Shown here one piece after another: positions 9,362-19,510 of a DNA stretch of 64,000 nucleotides. This DNA comes from Bacteroidia bacterium (lineage in GTDB: Bacteria; Bacteroidota; Bacteroidia; Bacteroidales; VadinHA17). Under the pieces are notes generated by a model that worked only from the letters and a program-made list of their open reading frames with translations, searched no databases and was not told where the DNA came from. Position numbers and translations under genes: made by a program. The stretch spans positions 8,778 through 72,777 of the forward strand of contig JAPLEB010000122.1 of the NCBI GenBank assembly GCA_026391555.1, given 5' to 3'. Positions within the stretch are counted from its first letter, which is position 1, and each line of letters opens with the position of its first letter.

Positions 9362-10042
9362 ATGGCTGAGATTATATACGAAGACAACCATATTATCGCT
9401 GTTTATAAAAGATCTTCTGATTTGTCGCAGGGAGACAAGACTGGAGATATCTCCCTGGATACTGAAATAAAAAAATACATTGCAGAGAAGTACAAAAAAC
9501 CCGGTGAAGTTTTTCTTGGCGTTGTTCACAGGCTCGACCGACCTGTAAGCGGGGTTATACTGTTTGCCCGCACATCCAAAGCGCTCGAAAGGCTTAATGA
9601 GATGTTCAGAACAAAGCAGGTTAAAAAGATCTATCTGGCAATTGTAAAAGAAAGACCTCCTGAAGATGAAGCTACAATAACTCATTTTCTTAAGAAGAAT
9701 GAGACGCAAAACAAAAGTTATGTCTATGATAGTGAGGTAAAAGGGTCAAAAGAGGCGAGCCTGACATATAGATTGAAAGGAAGATCTGAAAAGTATTATC
9801 TGCTTGAAGTTGAGCTTCATTCCGGCAGGCACCACCAGATAAGGGCGCAATTGGCAAAAATCGGATGCCCCATAAAAGGAGATTTGAAATACGGCTTTCC
9901 ACGGTCGAACGAAGATGGTGGCATAAGCCTTCTTGCACGCAGGTTGGAGTTTATTCATCCTGTCAAAAAAGAGCCGGTTTCGATTACTGCCCATTTCCCT
10001 GAGGGCGATATCTGGTCGGTTTTTATGGATTCTATTACATAA
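9362..10042 (+). CDS. RluA-family pseudouridine synthase
   Basis: 226 aa with the catalytic motif HRLDRPVSGVILFART and the C-terminal HQIRAQLA motif. Confidence 0.85.
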   Translation: MAEIIYEDNHIIAVYKRSSDLSQGDKTGDISLDTEIKKYIAEKYKKPGEVFLGVVHRLDRPVSGVILFARTSKALERLNEMFRTKQVKKIYLAIVKERPPEDEATITHFLKKNETQNKSYVYDSEVKGSKEASLTYRLKGRSEKYYLLEVELHSGRHHQIRAQLAKIGCPIKGDLKYGFPRSNEDGGISLLARRLEFIHPVKKEPVSITAHFPEGDIWSVFMDSIT

Positions 10043-10050
10043 AAAAATAA

Positions 10051-10072
10051 GCCGGAAAACCCGGCTCATTTT
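10051..10072 (+). terminator. Stem-loop terminator after the rluA-like gene
   Basis: GCCGG-AAAAC-CCGGC followed by TCATTTT. Confidence 0.5.
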
Positions 10073-10226
10073 GGGATTTGGAAATGAAAACCTGATCGGA
10101 ATTTTATGTTATTAAGAATCAAAATTACTTTATTTTCTGTAAGTTACAGTTAAATTCTGCTCAATTAAGAGTTAACGAAAAGTTAAATCCTGCTTTAGTG
10201 ACAACTAAATAATTTAATTTTGTAAC

Positions 10227-11867
10227 ATGAACAGGATGAAATTCACCGGTCTTATCATTATGATGCTGTTATCCATTATCGGCATAATATGGGTTCAGAT
10301 CGTGTGGATAAGGAATGCTGTAGGCATACGGAACGAAAATTTCAACAACGCAGTAATTGTCAGTCTTAATAATGCTGCAAATGCCATTGAGTCCTCAAGG
10401 AAGGTGAATTTCTTTAATAATTTTATGCTTGCAGACCCCCTTTCATTTAATAACTCATCAGGCGATGTGACCAGCTATCTGAGCATCGGAAGTTATTCTT
10501 CCGAACCCGGGAACAAATTCAGTGTCAGGATTACCAACCAGACAGTTTCAGGCAGTTTTGATACCGGAAAGTTGACAACAGTAAACAAGTCTTTTATATT
10601 TCCAGGCGATACTTCCATTGTTTCAGACACCGTAACTTTACTTGTTGCTGCCAGGGATGAATCGGGCAAAATGAGCATTGTAAGGAGAGAAGAAGGTGTG
10701 AATAAAAATTCAAGGGCTGTATATTTCAGGCAAAATGAATTCCTTGAATGGGTGAGAAAAAGATCAAGCGAATTTCAGAACATGAGCGACCAGATGATAT
10801 CGGAGATTTACCAGTGGGAAAAGACTCTTGAGCTTGATAATAAGGAGATTGGGTATACAATAAGGCAATCGCTGTCATTTGCGGGAATACAGACTCCGTA
10901 TGAATATGCAATAATCAAAGATGGGATAGTTCAGGAAGGGACATTTAAAAAATCGCAAAAAAATGATTTTCTGAAAAGCAATTATATGGTCAGGTTATTT
11001 CCCGGCAATATTATAAGACAAGATCTTATTATGTCCGTAATTTTCCCTGAACGGACCAATTATGTATTGGGATCAATGGCATGGATACTGGGAGGTTCGA
11101 TGCTCTTCTCACTTTTTATCCTGGCAACTTTTGCCCTGAGTCTGTATTTTATTATCAGGCAGAAGAAGATCTCAGAGATGAGATCAGATTTCATAAACAA
11201 TATGACGCACGAGTTTAAGACTCCTATTGCCACAATTTCGCTTGCCGCAGATACTATAACCAATCCGAAAGTAATTAACGATGAGACAAGTATCAGGCAT
11301 TTCATAAGCATGATAAAGAAAGAAAACAGCCGGATGAATAAAAAGGTTGAAACAATTCTGCAGATAGCATCGCTCGATAAAAAAGAGATTGAATTCAGAT
11401 TTGAAAATGTCTCAATGCATATAATTATTGAACATGCAATTGAGACAATTGATATACAGGTTCAGCAACGAGAAGGAAAGATCAATCATAATCTTGATGC
11501 CGCAGAACCTGTAATTTACGGAGATAGTGAGCATCTCACAAATCTTGTAAATAACCTTCTTGACAATGCAATAAAATATTCACCTGAATCGCCGGAAATA
11601 ACCGTTAAAACAAAGAATAACGAAAAAGGAATTATTTTGTCTGTTGAGGATAAAGGAATCGGTATGACCAAAGCAATACAGAGCAAAATATTTGAAAGGT
11701 TCTACCGGCAGAGTTCCGGTAACGTGCATGATGTTAAGGGATTTGGCCTTGGCTTAAACTATGCACGGGCGATTATTGATGCCCACAGGGGCACTATTAA
11801 TGTTTTCAGCGAACCCGGAAAGGGGAGCCGGTTCGAAATATTTTTACCATATAACTGGGAGAACTAA
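10227..11867 (+). CDS. Sensor histidine kinase
   Basis: 546 aa with two TM segments, H-box MTHEFKTPIATI, and N/G boxes (LLDNAIKYS, DKGIGM, GFGLGLNYA). Confidence 0.85.
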   Translation: MNRMKFTGLIIMMLLSIIGIIWVQIVWIRNAVGIRNENFNNAVIVSLNNAANAIESSRKVNFFNNFMLADPLSFNNSSGDVTSYLSIGSYSSEPGNKFSVRITNQTVSGSFDTGKLTTVNKSFIFPGDTSIVSDTVTLLVAARDESGKMSIVRREEGVNKNSRAVYFRQNEFLEWVRKRSSEFQNMSDQMISEIYQWEKTLELDNKEIGYTIRQSLSFAGIQTPYEYAIIKDGIVQEGTFKKSQKNDFLKSNYMVRLFPGNIIRQDLIMSVIFPERTNYVLGSMAWILGGSMLFSLFILATFALSLYFIIRQKKISEMRSDFINNMTHEFKTPIATISLAADTITNPKVINDETSIRHFISMIKKENSRMNKKVETILQIASLDKKEIEFRFENVSMHIIIEHAIETIDIQVQQREGKINHNLDAAEPVIYGDSEHLTNLVNNLLDNAIKYSPESPEITVKTKNNEKGIILSVEDKGIGMTKAIQSKIFERFYRQSSGNVHDVKGFGLGLNYARAIIDAHRGTINVFSEPGKGSRFEIFLPYNWEN

Positions 11868-11869
11868 AA

Positions 11870-12565
11870 ATGAGCAACAAACCCGTAAAAATTTTTCTGG
11901 TTGAGGATGACTTGAGTTTTGGATCGGTTCTGAAGTCATACCTCGAAATAAACGACTATTCTGTTGAGTGGGTTGACGATGGCAAATATGCTCTTGATCA
12001 TTTCAGAAAAGGGATCTTTAATATCTGCATTCTTGACATTATGCTTCCGCATGTTGACGGATTTACTATTGCGAATGAGATAAGGCTGATAAATAATGAG
12101 GTCCCGATTATTTTCCTTACGGCAAAAAAGCTTAAAGAAGATGTTCTAAAAGGATATGGGGCAGGAGGGGATGATTATATTACAAAACCATTTGATACCG
12201 ATATACTTCTGGCAAAGATACGAGCGATCCTCTCCAGACGTGACTTTCAAACCGGTACAAAAGATATTTATGAAATCGGAAAGTTTGTTTTCAACTCCAA
12301 ACTGAGAACACTGACTTTTGGAGTTGATGAAAAGAAACTCTCCCCGAAAGAAGCCCAGTTACTTGAATTACTTGCAATTAATTCTAATGCATTGATCAGC
12401 AGGGAGAAAGCTCTGAAAAAAATATGGGGATCTGATAACTATTTTACCGCGAGGAGCATGGATGTTTATATAACAAAATTGAGAAAGTTATTATCGGACG
12501 ATCCGGAACTGAATATAAAAAATATTCACGGAGCAGGCTTCCAACTGATTGTCAGGGAAGATTGA
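11870..12565 (+). CDS. OmpR/PhoB-type response regulator
   Basis: 231 aa. The receiver domain shows IFLVEDD, LDIMLPHVDGF and LTAK. A winged-helix C-terminus follows. It starts 3 nt after the kinase gene. Confidence 0.9.
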   Translation: MSNKPVKIFLVEDDLSFGSVLKSYLEINDYSVEWVDDGKYALDHFRKGIFNICILDIMLPHVDGFTIANEIRLINNEVPIIFLTAKKLKEDVLKGYGAGGDDYITKPFDTDILLAKIRAILSRRDFQTGTKDIYEIGKFVFNSKLRTLTFGVDEKKLSPKEAQLLELLAINSNALISREKALKKIWGSDNYFTARSMDVYITKLRKLLSDDPELNIKNIHGAGFQLIVRED

Positions 12566-13049
12566 CCCTCAGATTCTTTTTATTGAACTGCAATGGGAGA
12601 AGACTGCTTACGCTGTCAATAACAATTGTTTTGTTTTTCCCCGAGAGAATTATCCTTATCTGATTTCCGATTCTCAACTCCTCTTCGGCAATTACCTGGC
12701 GGCAGTTACCGCATGGAGGAACAGGATCTTCAGCCAGGCCATCTTCTGTCATAGCTGCAATCGCAATCGCCACAGGTTTATCATTATGGTGATTTGATAC
12801 TGAATTGGAAAGGGCACTCCTTTCGGCACAAATCCCTGAAGGAAATGCGGCATTCTCAACATTTGTTCCACGGACTATTGTACCACTATTCAGTCTTACT
12901 GCCGCTCCGACTTTGAAATTTGAATAGGGAGCATAAGCATTTAAAGCTGTTTCTCTTGCAGAAAAAACAAGCTCCCTGTCATCAGGATTTAATTCTTCAG
13001 TTTTTTCAAATTCTTTGTATGAAAATGAAATATAATTTGTTTTTATCAT
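12552..13049 (-). CDS. cdd: Cytidine deaminase
   Basis: 165 aa with zinc motifs CAERSA and PCGNCRQ. Confidence 0.9.
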   Translation of the reverse strand: MIKTNYISFSYKEFEKTEELNPDDRELVFSARETALNAYAPYSNFKVGAAVRLNSGTIVRGTNVENAAFPSGICAERSALSNSVSNHHNDKPVAIAIAAMTEDGLAEDPVPPCGNCRQVIAEEELRIGNQIRIILSGKNKTIVIDSVSSLLPLQFNKKNLRVNLP

Positions 13050-13170
13050 AACACTCTTATTCAGTAATGGTTATAAAGGTAGTAATTATTGTTTATAAAT
13101 AGGATCTGTTCCAATGATTAGTAACCTCCCGGCACTTTTTTTTTCTATTTTTGTCATAAACATAATTAAT

Positions 13171-14190
13171 ATGCTCAACAGGTTATTTTTCATTCTTCAA
13201 CTGTCTTTGATTTTGGGTCTGTTTTCATGCAGGGCATATAACCCGGTTGTTTCAACATCCGGTTCAGGACTGTCGGCAGAGGATTATATAAACACATATA
13301 AAGATCTTGCTATTAGTGAGATGAAGAGAACCGGCATTCCTGCCAGTATTACACTTGCACAGGGGATGATTGAATCGGACTTTGGGCGCAGTAGCCTTGC
13401 ACGTGAGGCAAATAATCATTTTGGGATCAAATGTCACGATGATTGGACCGGAGCTACAATAAGGCATAATGATGACAAAAGAAATGAATGTTTCAGGAAA
13501 TACCGCCGACCTGAAGAGTCGTTTTACGATCATTCCGATTTTCTTAAATCCGGCTCACTATACAGTTTTCTCTTTGATATTGACCATACTGATTTTAAAG
13601 CATGGGCACGGGGATTAAAGAAAGCCGGTTATGCCACAAACCCGGACTATGCAAATATACTGATCAGAATAATCGAAGAGAATAACCTCTGGTATTTCGA
13701 TCGCGGCTACAATTCCACAAATCTGCCTCCCCAAACGACTATCCCTGTAAAAGAGTCCATTACCGTCCATAATATAGATAATATTGAGAAGCCTGTGATT
13801 TTTTCAAATGAGAACAATGCGGTTGCAGCCCATGTTCAAAGGGTTATGGAAAATAACAGGATTAAATATATAATTGTTAAGGACGGAGATACCAAAGAGA
13901 AACTTGAGAATGAGTTCCGGTTATTGAAATGGGAACTGCTTAAATACAATGAACTTAAAAGTGATTTTCCACTTGTTCCCGGGCAGATATTATATCTTCA
14001 ACCTAAAAGGGAAAAGGCCGAACCCGGCAAAGATTATTATAATACTGTAGAAGGAGACACTATGTACTTTATTTCCCAGCGTTATGGGGTAAAATTGAAA
14101 AGTCTTTATGAGATGAACAGAATGACAGAGGGTACCGAGCCTGAAGCAGGGGAAAAGATATGGCTTAGAAGTATTAAACCGGTTAATTGA
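13171..14190 (+). CDS. GH73-type N-acetylglucosaminidase with LysM domains
   Basis: ITLAQGMIESDFGRSSLAREANNHFGIKC is the glucosaminidase motif. Two LysM-like segments follow (YIIVKDGDTKEKL, YNTVEGDTMYFISQRYGV). The lipobox LGLFSC fits a start at the ATG at 13171; the track ORF begins at 13114. Confidence 0.8.
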   Translation: MLNRLFFILQLSLILGLFSCRAYNPVVSTSGSGLSAEDYINTYKDLAISEMKRTGIPASITLAQGMIESDFGRSSLAREANNHFGIKCHDDWTGATIRHNDDKRNECFRKYRRPEESFYDHSDFLKSGSLYSFLFDIDHTDFKAWARGLKKAGYATNPDYANILIRIIEENNLWYFDRGYNSTNLPPQTTIPVKESITVHNIDNIEKPVIFSNENNAVAAHVQRVMENNRIKYIIVKDGDTKEKLENEFRLLKWELLKYNELKSDFPLVPGQILYLQPKREKAEPGKDYYNTVEGDTMYFISQRYGVKLKSLYEMNRMTEGTEPEAGEKIWLRSIKPVN

Positions 14191-15148
14191 CAGGAATGAT
14201 ATAATCCGTTATTCTGAAACCCCTGAGGAATTCGACAGTATTCATCCTGTTTTTCCCTTCAAGTTGCAGACTGACGATACTTATAAATCCATCCTTGCAG
14301 GCGACCCTAATAAAATGCTTACTGTCGGAGATTAAATTTCCGGGTTTAAACTTGTGGTTCTCAAATTCCGGCTGGCTTTCGAAGACTTTAAATGAAAGGG
14401 TTGACGAATCGTTTTTGAAGAATGATCTGGCGCAAGGGTAAGGGGCGAGTCCCCTGATGAAATTGTGAATTTTTACCGGGTCATTATTCCAGTCGATAAT
14501 ACAGTCATCCGGGTGTATCTTTGGAGCTAGCTTAGGAGCTTCTCCGGGTTTAATAAACTGTGACTGAGATCGAGGTTCGATGCTATTTTCCGCAATACCA
14601 GCCAACGTCCTGATTACAAGGCTGGCTCCATGTTTCATCAGCCGGTCGTGAATATCACCGGCATTTTCAAAAGGGAATATCTGCACCTCTTCCCTGAGAA
14701 GAATATTCCCGGTATCGATTTTTTCATCAATAAAAAATGTTGTCACACCTGTAATGGTTTCTCCATTTATAATAGCATGGTTTATCGGGGCAGCACCGCG
14801 GTAATGTGGCAGGAGTGATGCATGCAGATTAATTGTGCCTATTGCAGGTATTTTCCATACAACTTCAGGGAGCATTCGGAACGCAACAACAATAAAGAGA
14901 TCGGCATAAAGCTTTTTCAGTTCGGAAATAAATCCTGCATCTTTCAGGCTATCAGGTTGCAAGATAGGCAGGGAACTGAATTCTGCAAATTCTTTAACAG
15001 CAGATATGGTTATCTTCCTACCTCTTCCTGAAGGTTTGTCCGGGGCAGTTACTACTCCGACAACATTAAAACCATTCATAAGCAGAGAGCCAAGTGTTGC
15101 TACTGCGAACTCAGGTGTCCCCATGAATACTATCCTGAGATTCTTCAT
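14183..15148 (-). CDS. fmt: Methionyl-tRNA formyltransferase
   Basis: 321 aa with IVFMGTPEFAV and HASLLPHYRGAAPI. Confidence 0.95.
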   Translation of the reverse strand: MKNLRIVFMGTPEFAVATLGSLLMNGFNVVGVVTAPDKPSGRGRKITISAVKEFAEFSSLPILQPDSLKDAGFISELKKLYADLFIVVAFRMLPEVVWKIPAIGTINLHASLLPHYRGAAPINHAIINGETITGVTTFFIDEKIDTGNILLREEVQIFPFENAGDIHDRLMKHGASLVIRTLAGIAENSIEPRSQSQFIKPGEAPKLAPKIHPDDCIIDWNNDPVKIHNFIRGLAPYPCARSFFKNDSSTLSFKVFESQPEFENHKFKPGNLISDSKHFIRVACKDGFISIVSLQLEGKNRMNTVEFLRGFRITDYIIPVN

Positions 15149-15183
15149 AAATGGTTAATTTTTATACAAACCTAATATAAATA

Positions 15184-16416
15184 TCAATCCTTTACAATAT
15201 GTTTATAGCAGGTAAGGTTATGCCCCATTTTATTTGCCTTAGTCTCGAGATAAAATTTATTATGGGGATTTGATTCAATTACAAGAGGTATTGTTTCAAC
15301 AATTTTAATCCCGTAACCTTCCAATCCGGCTCTTTTGACAGGGTTATTTGATATAAGACGAACTTTTCCCAGGCCCAGTTCCCTCATTATGCTGGCGCCA
15401 ACTCCATAATCTCTTTCATCCACGCCGAAGCCCAGTTTCAGGTTTGCCTGCACTGTATCCATCCCTTCATCCTGGAGACGGTAGGCTTTTATCTTGTTCA
15501 GAAGGCCTATTCCTCTTCCTTCCTGGCTAAGATAAATAACCACCCCTTTTCCCTCAGCTTCAACCATAGCCATTGCTTTTTGCAGCTGAGGCCCGCAGTC
15601 GCATCTCATTGAACCGAAAATATCACCGGTGAAGCAGGATGAATGAAGTCTGACCAGAACGGGTTCGTCCTTTGTCCATGTACCTTTCACGAGAGCTGCA
15701 TGCTCTAGTCCATTGCTGGTTTGACGAAATGGAATAAACACAAAATCACCCTTATCAGTTGGTAGTTTAACCCTTTCGCCCTTTTCTATAATTGAATCTC
15801 TTTCAAGGGTATAAGTTATAAGGTCTTTAATAGCTATTATCTTAATATCAAATTTTTCGCTGATCTTCTGCAGATCATCTAACCGGGCCATAGAACCATC
15901 ATTATTCATTATTTCAACCAGGGCGCCTCCTGGCCGGAGACCTGCAAGCCGTGTAAGATCAACAACAGCTTCCGTATGACCAGCCCTTCTCAGCACCCCT
16001 TTTGCTTTTGCTTTCAGGGGGAAGATATGTCCGGGGCGTCCCAGATCAGATGGTTTTGTTTCCGGATCAACAAGTGCCTTAATAGTGAGAGCCCGGTCTT
16101 TAGTTGATACTCCGGTAGTTGTTTCTTCGTTCAGTAAATCGACGGAGACAGTGAACTGTGTCTCGTGCAGTGAAGTATTGATTCCTACCATAAGATCCAG
16201 ATCAAGCTCTTCGCATCTCTCTTCCGGCAGTGCAACACAGATTAGGCCGCGACCATGTTTGGCCATGAAATTGACGATTTCCGGAGTTATAAGTTCAGCT
16301 GAGCAAATGAAATCACCTTCATTCTCGCGATCTTCATCATCAACAACAATTAAAAGTTTTCCCCTCTTAATATCTTCAATAGCCTCTTCAATTGTATTTA
16401 GTTTAGTATCATTCAT
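15184..16416 (-). CDS. ribBA: Bifunctional 3,4-dihydroxy-2-butanone-4-phosphate synthase / GTP cyclohydrolase II
   Basis: 410 aa with [10 protein letters not shown] (DHBP synthase) and [21 protein letters not shown] (GCH II zinc site). Confidence 0.95.
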   Translation of the reverse strand: MNDTKLNTIEEAIEDIKRGKLLIVVDDEDRENEGDFICSAELITPEIVNFMAKHGRGLICVALPEERCEELDLDLMVGINTSLHETQFTVSVDLLNEETTTGVSTKDRALTIKALVDPETKPSDLGRPGHIFPLKAKAKGVLRRAGHTEAVVDLTRLAGLRPGGALVEIMNNDGSMARLDDLQKISEKFDIKIIAIKDLITYTLERDSIIEKGERVKLPTDKGDFVFIPFRQTSNGLEHAALVKGTWTKDEPVLVRLHSSCFTGDIFGSMRCDCGPQLQKAMAMVEAEGKGVVIYLSQEGRGIGLLNKIKAYRLQDEGMDTVQANLKLGFGVDERDYGVGASIMRELGLGKVRLISNNPVKRAGLEGYGIKIVETIPLVIESNPHNKFYLETKANKMGHNLTCYKHIVKD

Positions 16417-16429
16417 TTTTCATTATTTT

Positions 16430-17926
16430 TTAGTCCGACACGGAGTTTCTGCGTGTTTCGTTCATTGTAATCCTGTATAAATAATCATTTATCTTTCTGA
16501 AGAACGAAAGATATGTGTCAATGTTCATAATAACAGAATCGGTAGTAGCTTTGTATGTAAGGAAAATACCTATGGGTAATAATATATATGAAGCTGCCCA
16601 CATTCCTGCAAATGTACCCACAACATCCTCTTCCACCAGTTTCTGTCCCGAAATGGAAATGACATAATAAATAACAAAGAAAAAGATCGAAATTACAGAT
16701 GGTGTACCGAGTCCTCCTTTTCTGATGATGGCGCCAAGAGGGGCTCCGATAAAGAAAAAAACAAGGCAAGCGAAAGACATTGTAAGTTTCTTGTTCCATT
16801 CCACTTCATACCGTTTGATGGTCTTAACTTCATAATGGAGCGATTCATTTTTCTGTGCCAGGAAACTGTTTCCATCTTTAAGGTTCCCAATAGCTGTAGC
16901 CAGCACAGACTTTTTTTCTGTTATTGAGAGAGAATCGAACAGGGCTTTCGTGTCAAATTTTTTAATTTTCTTTAAAGTGTCAGCATTCTCTTCCCGGACA
17001 GCATAATCGGTTAGATAGTTTTTCTCGTAATAAATTTTTGTGTTATTGAATTCTTTGAATTGAGAAGAGAGTCTTTCATTATAACATTTATTGAGGGAGT
17101 CTATGTAAGAGGTTAATTGTGAAATATTTAACATAGCTGAATTTGATTTAAAAAGGCCTTCTTCGCTTCTTTCCAGATCAAATCCGATAAGGGAGATCAC
17201 TATGGTCTGCTCTTTAAAATAGTCTTTTCTCGAAGGATATTTTCGGGAATCTGTGTTCCCCTTTTTCTCTTCTATCTCATTGTAAGAATATCCGTTAAAA
17301 AGAATCATAATCAAGCCTGCTCCGTCAGGGGTCGTTTTCATATAGCCCGAGTCAGCCAAAATAACTGAGGTATTACCCCTTCTGTCACGATGATCGTAGA
17401 TTATAAGTTTGTCGAGGCGGTTGGTCACCGGATCTTTGGTAGTTATTTTAATGCTGAAATCGGGTACTCCGTTATAAAATGTACCGGCCTGTATATTTAT
17501 ATCAGGTTTTTTGCGACGGATATCGTAGAGAAGAGTTCTGGCTTTAACAGTTGAATACGGGAGGACATTATTTGAAAAGAAGAAAGACACGAAAGCAATG
17601 ATTGAGATGAGTACAATTAATGGTCGCATTATCCTCTGAAGTGGTATTCCTGAAGATTTCAGGGCAGAGAGTTCACTGAATTCACCCATATTTCCGAATG
17701 TCATAAGGGAGGCAAGCAGTATTGCCAGGGGAAGTGCAGTTGGTACAAAGGTGAGCGAAAAATGGTATAATAGCTCAGCAAGTATTTTAAAATCAAGACC
17801 TTTCCCGGCAAGTTCATCGACATACATCCAAAGGAACTGTAAAATGAGGATGATAAGCACAATAAAAAATGTGAATATCAGGGGACCAATAAATGATTTT
17901 AATACAAAACTGTCAACCTTCTTCAC
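16430..17926 (-). CDS. LptF/LptG-family (YjgP/YjgQ) permease
   Basis: 498 aa. The N-terminal FVLKSFIGPLIFTF is followed by 3 TM segments, a large periplasmic loop and 3 C-terminal TM segments. Confidence 0.8.
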   Translation of the reverse strand: MKKVDSFVLKSFIGPLIFTFFIVLIILILQFLWMYVDELAGKGLDFKILAELLYHFSLTFVPTALPLAILLASLMTFGNMGEFSELSALKSSGIPLQRIMRPLIVLISIIAFVSFFFSNNVLPYSTVKARTLLYDIRRKKPDINIQAGTFYNGVPDFSIKITTKDPVTNRLDKLIIYDHRDRRGNTSVILADSGYMKTTPDGAGLIMILFNGYSYNEIEEKKGNTDSRKYPSRKDYFKEQTIVISLIGFDLERSEEGLFKSNSAMLNISQLTSYIDSLNKCYNERLSSQFKEFNNTKIYYEKNYLTDYAVREENADTLKKIKKFDTKALFDSLSITEKKSVLATAIGNLKDGNSFLAQKNESLHYEVKTIKRYEVEWNKKLTMSFACLVFFFIGAPLGAIIRKGGLGTPSVISIFFFVIYYVISISGQKLVEEDVVGTFAGMWAASYILLPIGIFLTYKATTDSVIMNIDTYLSFFRKINDYLYRITMNETRRNSVSD

Positions 17927-17944
17927 TTACTGACAGAATTAGAT

Positions 17945-18325
17945 TCAAATACCTAATAATCTTTTCAGATCTGCAATCTGAGAATTCCAAAGATTGATTG
18001 CATCTTCTGTTTCATCAGCTTCTGCAAAATCAGATATTATAAGGGCCAGATCACCGGTAAGCTCATCGATGTTAATTCTGAACTCGAAATAATTTGATTC
18101 TTCATTTTCCATCCCAATCCATTCAAATCTGACCAGTTTATTGTCTTTCAGGGCAGCGAGCCGGGCTTTCGATTCGGAATTATTCCAGAAAAATGCATAG
18201 ATATCACCATCTACATCCACATTGTCAGCGAACCACTCACTTAGCCCCTCTGGTGCACTGAGCCGTGAGAAGAGCACTTTCGGTGAGCTTTTCAGGGTAT
18301 ATTCCAATTCGAACTTCAATCTCAT
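17945..18325 (-). CDS. START/SRPBCC-like small protein
   Basis: 126 aa acidic protein (LSEWFADNV...FEWIG). The assignment rests on general resemblance only. Confidence 0.55.
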   Translation of the reverse strand: MRLKFELEYTLKSSPKVLFSRLSAPEGLSEWFADNVDVDGDIYAFFWNNSESKARLAALKDNKLVRFEWIGMENEESNYFEFRINIDELTGDLALIISDFAEADETEDAINLWNSQIADLKRLLGI

Positions 18326-18462
18326 GATAAAAATTTGTTCTTTATGCTTAACTATTTTTGCAATATAGAAAAAATATTGAAACTAAAAACCCTAATTGCT
18401 AATTTGTAACAAACTGATTATATTTGCACCCGCAAAAAGGGTAGTAAAAAACAGATTTTGTT

Positions 18463-18536
18463 GGCGAGATAGCTCAGTTGGTTAGAGCGCATGATTCATA
18501 ATCATGAGGTCCGGGGATCATTCCCCCGTCTCGCTA
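18463..18536 (+). tRNA. tRNA with CAT anticodon (elongator Met, or tRNA-Ile2 if lysidine-modified); non-canonical T-loop
   Basis: Hand-folded cloverleaf: acceptor GGCGAGA/TCTCGCT, D-arm GCTC-AGTTGGTTA-GAGC, anticodon arm CATGA-TTCATAA-TCATG, variable loop AGGTC, T-arm CGGGG-ATCATTC-CCCCG, discriminator A. No 3xGC anticodon stem, so it is not an initiator. Confidence 0.8.
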
Positions 18537-18896
18537 CAAAGAATAAATATAAAAGCCTGTATATTAATAATATATGGGTTTTTATGTTTAAAAATGGAAG
18601 CATGTTGGAAACATTGACCAGTAAATTAGGCTTAAAACAGTAAATCCCTGATTGCGATCCGAGGACTTACATCTCGTTTATCAGCTAGACCCCCGCCCCC
18701 AGACGAAACACTAATTTATGAAGCTGGACAAATAAATGTACAAATGACACTTATTCCTTTCGCCGGGTTCCGATAGCTATTGGCAGGCAAAAACGCGTGC
18801 CATACCCTCCTTGCACCGTGACAATTTTCTGGCTAAAGAACAACATGACCTGCCCGGATGGGCATCGGGTAACACCTACTTACTTTATTGCCGGGC

Positions 18897-19170
18897 CGTC
18901 AGACTGTCTAATAACCTGCCTTTTTTGTTGATAACTATGAGGTGGGTGATTCTTCAATTAACGCCGGGTTAAAGTCCCTCAAACCTGATCATTTCGCTGT
19001 TTTTGAGCACAATAGATCATCACAGATCAAAAATCAGTCCCTTTCAGACTACTTTTTTCCGGTTAGATGTTTGGGATAGAAAATTTCCGTGGTCGCCGGT
19101 ACCGGCTTAAATCAAATGAAAAATTATGAACTAAAAAAGGTTATTGGACAAACTGCCGTTACCGCGCATA
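18897..19170 (+). mobile_element. MITE-like repeat, copy A
   Basis: 274 nt non-coding. It matches copy B with 14 mismatches and no indels by manual alignment. Terminal inverted repeats are CGTCAGACTGTCTAATAACC (18897-18916) and GGTTATTGGACAAACTGCCG (19139-19158), complementary at 16 of 20 positions. Confidence 0.6.
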
Positions 19171-19207
19171 TAAAGTGCTAACTGAGCGTCCTTGATTAAA
19201 AAGTTTA

Positions 19208-19215
19208 TATATTTG
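19208..19215 (+). promoter_or_regulatory. Candidate -7 promoter box TATATTTG directly upstream of the MNT gene
   Basis: Matches the Bacteroidota TAnnTTTG consensus and ends 4 nt before the ATG at 19220. This implies a leaderless or very short-leader mRNA. Confidence 0.4.
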
Positions 19216-19219
19216 TATT

Positions 19220-19510
19220 ATGATAAAACAGAAAGAAATAAAAAATAAATTAAAAAATCTGATGCCAGTCCTTTCAGATCGATTTTCTGTTGAAAGAATT
19301 GGGTACTTTGGTTCATACTCTCGCAATGAGCAGAACGACAAATCCGATATTGATATTTTGGTTGAATTCCGTAAACCCATTGGCTGGGAGTTTTTTGATT
19401 TACAGGAATTTCTTGAAAATGAATTAAAAATTAAAGTTGACCTTGTTTCTAGTCGTGCTCTTAAAGAACAATTAAGGGAATCTATCCTAAAACAAGTTCA
19501 ATACATATGA
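19220..19510 (+). CDS. MNT-type nucleotidyltransferase (antitoxin of the HepT/MNT module)
   Basis: 96 aa with GYFGSYSRNEQNDKSDIDILVEF, which is the GS-X10-DxD minimal nucleotidyltransferase motif. Confidence 0.85.
   Translation: MIKQKEIKNKLKNLMPVLSDRFSVERIGYFGSYSRNEQNDKSDIDILVEFRKPIGWEFFDLQEFLENELKIKVDLVSSRALKEQLRESILKQVQYI

Noticed and set aside
12549-12797. 82-aa + ORF after the response regulator
   Set aside because: It lies antisense to cdd, which has unambiguous zinc-binding motifs.
16417-16429. Possible FMN riboswitch upstream of ribBA
   Set aside because: Only 13 nt separate the ribBA start from the stop of the upstream lptF/G gene. That leaves no room for an FMN aptamer.
16085-16480. 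131-aa Ser-rich + ORF
   Set aside because: It lies antisense to ribBA and has a low-complexity composition.
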